A DNA stretch of 64,000 bases from Candidatus Portnoybacteria bacterium RBG_19FT_COMBO_36_7. Its GTDB lineage: Bacteria; Patescibacteriota; Minisyncoccia; Portnoybacterales; GWB1-42-6. The stretch spans positions 69,398 to 133,397 of the forward strand of contig MHMW01000028.1 of the NCBI GenBank assembly GCA_001819495.1. Reading direction: 5' to 3'. How positions within the stretch are numbered: position 1 is the first letter of the stretch; every line of letters begins with the position of its first letter. Positions 47,124 through 52,938 of this stretch are shown piece after piece. Position numbers and translations under genes: made by a program. The notes under the pieces are model-generated. The model saw nothing but the letters and a program-made list of their open reading frames with translations, was not told the DNA's origin and ran no database searches.

Positions 47124-47591
47124 ATGCCTTTTGAAAAATCTGCCGGAGCAATAATTTTTTATAGAGAAAAAGATAGAACCGTAAAATACCTGCTTTTAAA
47201 GCACAGGGCTGGTCATTGGAATTTTCCCAAAGGATTGATCGAGAAAAGAGAGAAGCTGACAGATGCTGCTATGCGCGAGGTCAAAGAGGAAACCGGATTG
47301 GAGCACCCGAGCCTTATTAACGGATTTAAAGAAACTATTAGGTATTTTTTTAGGGCCAAATATGATTATCAGATAAAAGAACGGGGGCTAAAAATGGGGC
47401 AGACAGTTATGAAATTCGTAACATATTTTTTAATGGAATCAGATGATAAAAATGTTAAGTTATCTTTTGAACACGTTAATTTTGAGTGGTTGGAGTATAG
47501 TGATGCAAAAGAAAGATTAAAGAATTTAAAAAATATGCTGCCGGTTTTAAAAAAAGCCCATCAATTTCTGAACAAAAATGACCGATTTTGA
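47124..47591 (+). CDS. NUDIX hydrolase
   Basis: Nudix box GHWNFPKGLIEKREKLTDAAMREVKEETGL. Confidence 0.85.
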   Translation: MPFEKSAGAIIFYREKDRTVKYLLLKHRAGHWNFPKGLIEKREKLTDAAMREVKEETGLEHPSLINGFKETIRYFFRAKYDYQIKERGLKMGQTVMKFVTYFLMESDDKNVKLSFEHVNFEWLEYSDAKERLKNLKNMLPVLKKAHQFLNKNDRF

Positions 47592-47832
47592 GAAAAAAAT
47601 ATATAATGTCGTCAAGAAGATCCCGCGCGGAAAAGTGTTGACTTATAAGCAGGTAGCGCTAAAATTGGGGAATATCGGTTTTGCCAGAGCGGTGGGGAAC
47701 GCGTTGAATAAAAACCGGGATAAAAAAGTTCCTTGTCATCGGGTCATCCGTTCGGACGGAAAAACAGGAGGTTATCAAGGCGGGGTTAAGAAAAAAGTTC
47801 TTTTACTTCAAAAAGAAGGTTATTTAAAATAA
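47578..47832 (+). CDS. methylated-DNA-protein-cysteine methyltransferase, C-terminal DNA-binding/active-site domain only
   Basis: active-site PCHRVI and upstream HTH; 84 aa; no N-terminal domain. Confidence 0.75.
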   Translation: MTDFEKKIYNVVKKIPRGKVLTYKQVALKLGNIGFARAVGNALNKNRDKKVPCHRVIRSDGKTGGYQGGVKKKVLLLQKEGYLK

Positions 47833-47848
47833 AAAAAGGAGGTTAAAA

Positions 47849-48217
47849 ATGGAAGCAGTCCAAAAGCTGAACGAAATACAAGCAGTAATAGCTGAACTGG
47901 AAAAGCTTGAAAAATATTTATACGGGCCAATTGAGCGTTTTCGCAAGTTAAGAAAAGAAATTTCTTCATCAGCCGATTTTTTGAGAGGATTGCAAAAAAG
48001 CATCAGGCAGGCAGACAAGAAGGATCACAATTTGACGCTTAAGATAGCGGCCGGAATGGAAACAGCGGATTCAGAGATCCTGAATAAATTTTTTGAGAGG
48101 ACAATCAACGATCTTAATGAGATCAGGCAGGAAATTACAGAAAAATGGTCCGCCTTAAAAGAAGCGAGAGAAGAAAATGCATTGGTTGGCGAGCAGGGAG
48201 AATCAGAAATCTCCTAA
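47849..48217 (+). CDS. hypothetical coiled-coil protein
   Basis: RBS AAGGAGG 8 nt upstream; 122 aa, largely heptad/charged. Confidence 0.45.
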   Translation: MEAVQKLNEIQAVIAELEKLEKYLYGPIERFRKLRKEISSSADFLRGLQKSIRQADKKDHNLTLKIAAGMETADSEILNKFFERTINDLNEIRQEITEKWSALKEAREENALVGEQGESEIS

Positions 48218-48226
48218 TTTTTTGAA

Positions 48227-48269
48227 AAGCCTTATCTGTGATAAAATAAAGATAAGGCTTTTATTTTTT
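48227..48269 (+). terminator. intrinsic terminator
   Basis: AAGCCTTATC ... GATAAGGCTT 10-bp stem then TTTATTTTTT; the next gene's ATG follows immediately. Confidence 0.6.
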
Positions 48270-48707
48270 ATGTCCCATAGTGAAAATTTTGGTATGATCA
48301 AATTTCTGAAAAATTGGCTGCCGGTTATTCTGTGGGCGGGATTAATTTTTTATTTATCGGCCCAGCCGGGTTTAAAATCTGGTTATGCCTGGCCTTATGA
48401 TTTCATTTTACGCAAAAGCGCGCACATAACGGAATTTGCCGTTTTATTTTTATTACTCCTGCGTGCATTCGGAAGCCATAATTTACAATCCTCCTCCGCC
48501 CCGCTAAGCGGGGCTACGGAAGGGTTATTCCCTGCCGGAAATAAAAAAGCCCTGTTATGGGCTTTTATGCTGGCGATTTTATATGCGATTTCTGATGAAT
48601 TGCATCAGTCTTGTGTCGTTCAGAGAGTGGCCGGTGCCTCAGACGTGGTCATTGATTCTTTTGGCGTTTTGCTTCTCACTTGGTGGCGAATTCGACGATT
48701 TTCTTGA
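48270..48707 (+). CDS. VanZ-like family membrane protein
   Basis: ISDELHQS motif and 4 TM helices; shorter start MSHSENFGMIK directly after the terminator preferred. Confidence 0.65.
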   Translation: MSHSENFGMIKFLKNWLPVILWAGLIFYLSAQPGLKSGYAWPYDFILRKSAHITEFAVLFLLLLRAFGSHNLQSSSAPLSGATEGLFPAGNKKALLWAFMLAILYAISDELHQSCVVQRVAGASDVVIDSFGVLLLTWWRIRRFS

Positions 48708-49023
48708 AGGTTTCAGAATTATTCTGAGCCAGGTTTGCCAATATCTTGCGGTCGAGCAGGATATTATTTTTTTTAAGCGCATTAATGAATCGGCTGTAAG
48801 TGATTCCCAGTTCCCGGCAGGCAGCATTAACTTGAATGTTCCAAAGCCCGCGGAAATCAGCTTTTTTCTTCCTTCGGTCAAAATAGGCGCGGGAGAGCGC
48901 ATGGCGTACCGCGTCTTTTGCCTGGCGATAGCGCGAAGAGCGGCTCCACATGTAGCCCTTGGCCATCTTTAAGATTTTTCTTCGTTTTTTGCGAGCGTGA
49001 ACCGCCCGCTTGACTCTGCTCAT
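48676..49023 (-). CDS. rplT: 50S ribosomal protein L20
   Basis: MSRVKRAVHARKKRRKILKMAKGYMWSRS: canonical bL20. Confidence 0.95.
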   Translation of the reverse strand: MSRVKRAVHARKKRRKILKMAKGYMWSRSSRYRQAKDAVRHALSRAYFDRRKKKADFRGLWNIQVNAACRELGITYSRFINALKKNNILLDRKILANLAQNNSETFKKIVEFATK

Positions 49024-49027
49024 AATT

Positions 49028-49198
49028 TTAGATGATTTTGTTTAACGTTTTAGCTAAATAATTAAAATGCTTTTTTCCTCTTTTGGCCCTTCTGCTGTTT
49101 CCGGATTTTTTGGCCAAAAAATGATTCTGGCCAGTTGGCTGGTGCAGCATCTTTCCGCTTCTGGTAATTTTAAAACGCTTCAGCAGCGCTTTATTCAT
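49028..49198 (-). CDS. rpmI: 50S ribosomal protein L35 (56 aa; missed by the ORF track)
   Basis: MNKALLKRFKITRSGKMLHQ...; sits between infC and rplT as in the conserved infC-rpmI-rplT operon. Confidence 0.75.
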   Translation of the reverse strand: MNKALLKRFKITRSGKMLHQPTGQNHFLAKKSGNSRRAKRGKKHFNYLAKTLNKII

Positions 49199-49213
49199 AT
49201 TGTTTTTTGTTAT

Positions 49214-49720
49214 TTATTTTCCGATTATCATTGAAAAACCTCTTGGTTGTCTGGTTATTCCCTGTTCAACCGAGACTGCTTCGCTTAACAGCGATTTGAA
49301 CTCTCCTATTTTTTGCCTGGCCATGTTGCCGAATGCTTTTTCCCGGCCGCGCAGAATAATCTCTATCCTTACTTTATATCCCTTTTTTAAAAAATTCTCT
49401 GCCTGGTTTACTTTAAGTTCAAGGTCGTGCTTGGCAGTGTTTAATCCGATACGGATTCCTTTCAATCCTGATTTTTTCTGATTAACTTTTTGCTGGCGCG
49501 CCTGTTTTTCTTTCTGATACTGGAATTTGCCGTAATCGGCAATGCGGCAGACCGGCGGGTCAGATTTGGCCGAGACTTCAATTAAGTCCAGGCCCTTATC
49601 CATGGCCATCTGGAGTGCTTGGGAAGTCGGCACAACGCCAATTTGCTTGCCTGTTTCGTCTACCAGGCGCACTTGAGGGACTCTTATTTGGTGATTAACT
49701 CGGTTAGATATAAAGATAAT
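49214..49720 (-). CDS. infC: translation initiation factor IF-3, probably with an AUU start
   Basis: upstream in-frame NRVNHQIRVPQVRLVDETGKQIGVV matches the IF3 N-domain, so the tracked GTG start at 49672 is internal; in-frame ATT codons at 49720 and 49753 before an upstream stop; IF3 classically uses AUU. Confidence 0.8.
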   Translation of the reverse strand: MIFISNRVNHQIRVPQVRLVDETGKQIGVVPTSQALQMAMDKGLDLIEVSAKSDPPVCRIADYGKFQYQKEKQARQQKVNQKKSGLKGIRIGLNTAKHDLELKVNQAENFLKKGYKVRIEIILRGREKAFGNMARQKIGEFKSLLSEAVSVEQGITRQPRGFSMIIGK

Positions 49721-49728
49721 TTTGCGCT

Positions 49729-49986
49729 TTAATGATAAAGATAATGATTTAATTGTTTTTTAAGAAATTTTCTACCGGAACCACTTTTCAGAAATCTTTC
49801 TCTATTTTTTGCATCAATTCTGTCTATATAGCTTTCATAGTAAATTAACTTTATTAGCAATCTGTTTTTTGTTGAATCAACTTCGCCCTTGCTGTGACTT
49901 TTAAATCTGAGCTTCAAATCATTAGTATGTCCTATATACTACCATCCATTATCTTTTTTGCTTTCTAGAAGATAGACGTAATACAT
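49729..49986 (-). pseudogene. GIY-YIG nuclease family protein interrupted by an in-frame TAG
   Basis: ATG at 49986 gives MYYVYLLESKKDNGW-TAG-YIGHTNDLKLRFKSHSKGEVDSTKNR...SGSGRKFLKKQL; GIY and YIG motifs intact apart from the stop at codon 16. Confidence 0.6.
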
Positions 49987-50027
49987 TTTACGTGCCTACC
50001 GCGTGGAAAAATTTGTATGCAAATTTT

Positions 50028-50389
50028 TCTTTACGCGGTGGAGATGGCGGGAATTGAACCCGCGTCTAGTTAGCGTTTTTCAAATTATTTCTACGATCAT
50101 ATCCTAATTTTGCCTCTTAGGTTAGGAAACTTAAAATTAGACAAAATGAATCCAAACCGCATTCGGTTTATCTCGGCCGCATCCCCGAAAATATGCAGCC
50201 TATCTCGATTTTTTGACACCTTTATTTGGCTATCGAGAATCACCAAGAAAGATGTGCTTTAAGCAATAGCTAAAGCAGGTTGTTTGTTGAACAAGTTGGC
50301 ACTTATTCTTTTTCTAAAAGTTTAATGAGATTTTAGAATACTCAGATCGCATATTTTAAAAAGTGCTCCTATCGAGGCCTATCATCCCC
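50028..50389 (-). ncRNA. ssrA: tmRNA (ssrA)
   Basis: 5' end GGGGGAUGAUAGG and 3' end GCGGGUUCAAUUCCCGCCAUCUCCACC form the tRNA-Ala-like acceptor with a G3:U70 wobble and T-arm; internal frame GCC AAC TTG TTC AAC AAA CAA CCT GCT TTA GCT ATT GCT TAA encodes tag ANLFNKQPALAIA; immediately downstream of smpB. Confidence 0.85.
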
Positions 50390-50393
50390 CTGA

Positions 50394-50843
50394 TTAGTAT
50401 TTTCCCCGCAAGGCTCTGTTTATGTCTCTTTTTGACTCTCGTTCTATTATTTTACCGCGTTTATCAGCCTTGCGTTTTCCTCTGGCTAAGGCAAATTCAA
50501 TTTTGACCCTAGCCTTTTTAGTATACACACGGATAGGCACTAAAGTCAATCCTTTCTGGTGGGTTTTGCCGATCAGGCTTTGAATTTCGTGCTTGTGCAA
50601 AAGGAGCTTTCTCGTGCGCAAAGGGTCATAATCCGGCGGCGCGTTTTTAGGCTGAAAAGGGGCGATATTGGCGTTTAATAACCAGGCTTCTTGGCCACGG
50701 ATGACAACATAAGACCCCTGCAGGCTGATATGGCCTTTTTTGGCGGACTTAACCTCGTGGCCGGTCAAAACTAAACCCGCCTCGTATTTTTCAAGGAATT
50801 CGTAGTCAAATGAAGCTTTGCGGTTGTAGGCTAATTCAGGCAT
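50394..50843 (-). CDS. smpB: SsrA-binding protein SmpB
   Basis: NRKASFDYEFLEKYEAGLVLTGHEVKS... canonical SmpB; 149 aa. Confidence 0.9.
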   Translation of the reverse strand: MPELAYNRKASFDYEFLEKYEAGLVLTGHEVKSAKKGHISLQGSYVVIRGQEAWLLNANIAPFQPKNAPPDYDPLRTRKLLLHKHEIQSLIGKTHQKGLTLVPIRVYTKKARVKIEFALARGKRKADKRGKIIERESKRDINRALRGKY

Positions 50844-50886
50844 TCTACGTTTACTTTAGCATTTATTTGCGATAAACTGAAGATAC

Positions 50887-50959
50887 ATGCCAGGTAGTGA
50901 AAATTCGACTGCTGCCTGGCAGCAATCGTAAAATATTAGTCGAATTTCTACTACCTGGT
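50887..50959. repeat. palindromic element copy 3 (ATGCCAGGTAGTGAAAATTCGAC ... GTCGAATTTCTACTACCTGGT), ends exactly at the argS ATG
   Basis: near-perfect 20-nt inverted arms; the tracked argS N-terminal extension (MKIRLLPGSNRKILVEFLLPG) is a translation of this element. Confidence 0.8.
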
Positions 50960-52552
50960 ATGCTTCGTCAAGAAATCAAAAAATTTTTGAATATGCCGGA
51001 GGCCGAAATCGGCCGGCCGGAAAATAGGAACTTTGGCGATTATTCAACTAACGTTGCTTTGAAATTGGCCAAAAAAGAAGGAAAGAATCCGATGGAAGCA
51101 GCAGAAGAAATAAAAAAGAATTTGGAATCAGGAGTCAGGAATCAGGAATTATTTAAGAAAACTGAAATTGTTAAGCCGGGTTTTATAAATTTTTTCGTGT
51201 CAGACGAATATTTGCAAAAAGAAATCGGTCAGATCATAGAAGATGGAGCGGAATATGGCAGGTTAAAACTCGGCGACAACAAAAAAGTTCAGGTTGAATT
51301 TATTTCCGCCAACCCCACAGGCCCGCTGACGCTTGGCAACGGCCGAGGCGGATTTTTTGGCGACGCGCTGGCCAACATATATGGAAAGGCCGGTTTTTCG
51401 GTAAAGCGGGAATATTTCATCAATGACGCCGGTTATCAGGTTGAGATTTTAGGCCATTCGATCCTGGGCGACGAGAAAGCGCAGTATCAGGGGCAGTATA
51501 TTGACGAACTGCGCAAAAAATTCACCGGATTTTTTTCGTCAAAAGACCCAAAGAAAGTGGGGGAAAAAGCGGCTGACTATATTATGGAAAAAATGATAAA
51601 ACCGACAGTCCGGGAACGGATGAACATAAAGTTTGATGAATGGATCTCTGAGAAAAAAATGCGTCAAACAGGCGCAGTTGAAAAAATACTCAAGCTTCTG
51701 AAAGAAAAAAACCTGACCTATGAGAAAGAAGGGGCTTTGTGGTTCAGGTCAGCTGATTTTGGCGACGACAAAGACAGAGTATTGATTACCTCTGATAAAA
51801 ATGAGAGAAACAACGAAGCGACTTATATATTATCCGATATTGCTTATCATCATGATAAATTCGTTGAGCGAAAGTTTGATAAAGCGGTAGATGTCTGGGG
51901 CGCGGACCATCACGGCTATGTAGGACGTTTGAAAGCCGCCAAAAAAGCGCTGCAGCTGCCTGGGGAGCTGGAAATCATCATTATGCAATTGGTGCGCCTG
52001 TTTGAAGGCGGCCAGGAGATCAGGATGTCAAAACGAGAGGGCACTTATATCACACTCGATGAATTACTTTATGAAATTCCGCTAGATGTGGCCAGATTTT
52101 TCTTTCTTATGTACAGCCCCGACACCCATATGGATTTTAATCTTGATCTGGCGCGCGAACAGTCGGAGAAAAATCCGGTCTATTATGTCCAATATGCATA
52201 CGCTCGGATACATAGTATCCTTGCTAAGTTCAAAGTTCAAAGTTCAAAGTTCAAGGTTGCAAGTCAAAATTTAAAATTATTGACTCATCCCTCAGAGATG
52301 GATCTGATAAAACAATTGATCCGCTTGCCAGAAATCATTGAGGATACAGCGCTCGATTATCAGGTCCAGCGTCTGCCCCAATACGCCTTGGAGATGGTGA
52401 GAGCTTTTCATAAATTTTATGAGGAATGCCGGGTGATTGATGATAAAAATCTTGATTTGACCGCGGCACGGCTTAAATTGGTGGAAGCAACCGGAATCGT
52501 TCTGAAAAACACTCTGGATTTGATGGGGATCAGCGCGCCGGAAAAAATGTAG
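50960..52552 (+). CDS. argS: arginine--tRNA ligase
   Basis: ENRNFGDYSTNVALKLAKK N-domain; class I HIGH-like region; C-terminal anticodon-binding domain; start moved to the ATG at 50960 after the repeat element. Confidence 0.9.
   Translation: MLRQEIKKFLNMPEAEIGRPENRNFGDYSTNVALKLAKKEGKNPMEAAEEIKKNLESGVRNQELFKKTEIVKPGFINFFVSDEYLQKEIGQIIEDGAEYGRLKLGDNKKVQVEFISANPTGPLTLGNGRGGFFGDALANIYGKAGFSVKREYFINDAGYQVEILGHSILGDEKAQYQGQYIDELRKKFTGFFSSKDPKKVGEKAADYIMEKMIKPTVRERMNIKFDEWISEKKMRQTGAVEKILKLLKEKNLTYEKEGALWFRSADFGDDKDRVLITSDKNERNNEATYILSDIAYHHDKFVERKFDKAVDVWGADHHGYVGRLKAAKKALQLPGELEIIIMQLVRLFEGGQEIRMSKREGTYITLDELLYEIPLDVARFFFLMYSPDTHMDFNLDLAREQSEKNPVYYVQYAYARIHSILAKFKVQSSKFKVASQNLKLLTHPSEMDLIKQLIRLPEIIEDTALDYQVQRLPQYALEMVRAFHKFYEECRVIDDKNLDLTAARLKLVEATGIVLKNTLDLMGISAPEKM
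52228..52276. repeat. heptamer array embedded in-frame in argS (GTTCAAA x3, GTTCAAG, GTTGCAA, GTCAAAA, TTTAAAA)
   Basis: 7 units of 7 nt encoding AKFKVQSSKFKVASQNLKL just after the conserved YAYARIHSIL. Confidence 0.65.
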
Positions 52553-52577
52553 CGTTAAATTCCTTGATTAAAAAATT

Positions 52578-52609
52578 AAAGCACCGCTTAAATTAACGCG
52601 GTGCTTTTT
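52578..52609. terminator. bidirectional intrinsic terminator after argS
   Basis: AAAGCACCGC-TTAAATTAA-CGCGGTGCTTT hairpin with an A-run upstream and a T-run downstream. Confidence 0.6.
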
Positions 52610-52619
52610 GGCGCAGCTG

Positions 52620-52814
52620 CTAATTGAACATTGTCGGAGGGGCCGGAATATTGGTAGAAATATTGATTCCGCCTTTCTTTTTTGCGCTTCTTGGATAACC
52701 CAGAGAAATTGTCATTAAATTAGGGCGTTTCTTGAACCGGCGCAGAATTTTTGCTTTTTGGGCGCTGATGCAGCCAATGTCATCCTGGCATGGATCATAT
52801 CCATTGATGCACAT
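52620..52814 (-). CDS. small Cys-rich protein (hypothetical)
   Basis: ATG 8 nt after AGGAGG; MCINGYDPCQDDIGC... 64 aa. Confidence 0.45.
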   Translation of the reverse strand: MCINGYDPCQDDIGCISAQKAKILRRFKKRPNLMTISLGYPRSAKKKGGINISTNIPAPPTMFN

Positions 52815-52938
52815 ATTCACCACCTCCTTTGACTAATATTTTTAGGAAAAGAACAGCTGATTATTTTATAACAGATTGGTTGATTTTGGTCAAATAAAAA
52901 AGGCCGCTTTTTTGACTTTTTAAGATTTTCGGACTACT

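Noticed and set aside
49200-49481. Plus-strand ORF 49200-49481
   Set aside because: It overlaps rpmI and infC on the minus strand, both of which are supported by conserved protein sequence.
49939-49941. TAG in the GIY-YIG gene as evidence of stop-codon reassignment (e.g. an alternative genetic code)
   Set aside because: TAG, TGA and TAA each terminate several well-supported genes in this window (e.g. polA ends in TAG, the DUF3048 gene ends in TGA). A nonsense mutation or sequencing error is more parsimonious.
50897-50959. N-terminal extension of argS in the ORF track (MKIRLLPGSNRKILVEFLLPG)
   Set aside because: It is a translation of palindromic element copy 3. The conserved ArgS N-domain begins after the ATG at 50960.
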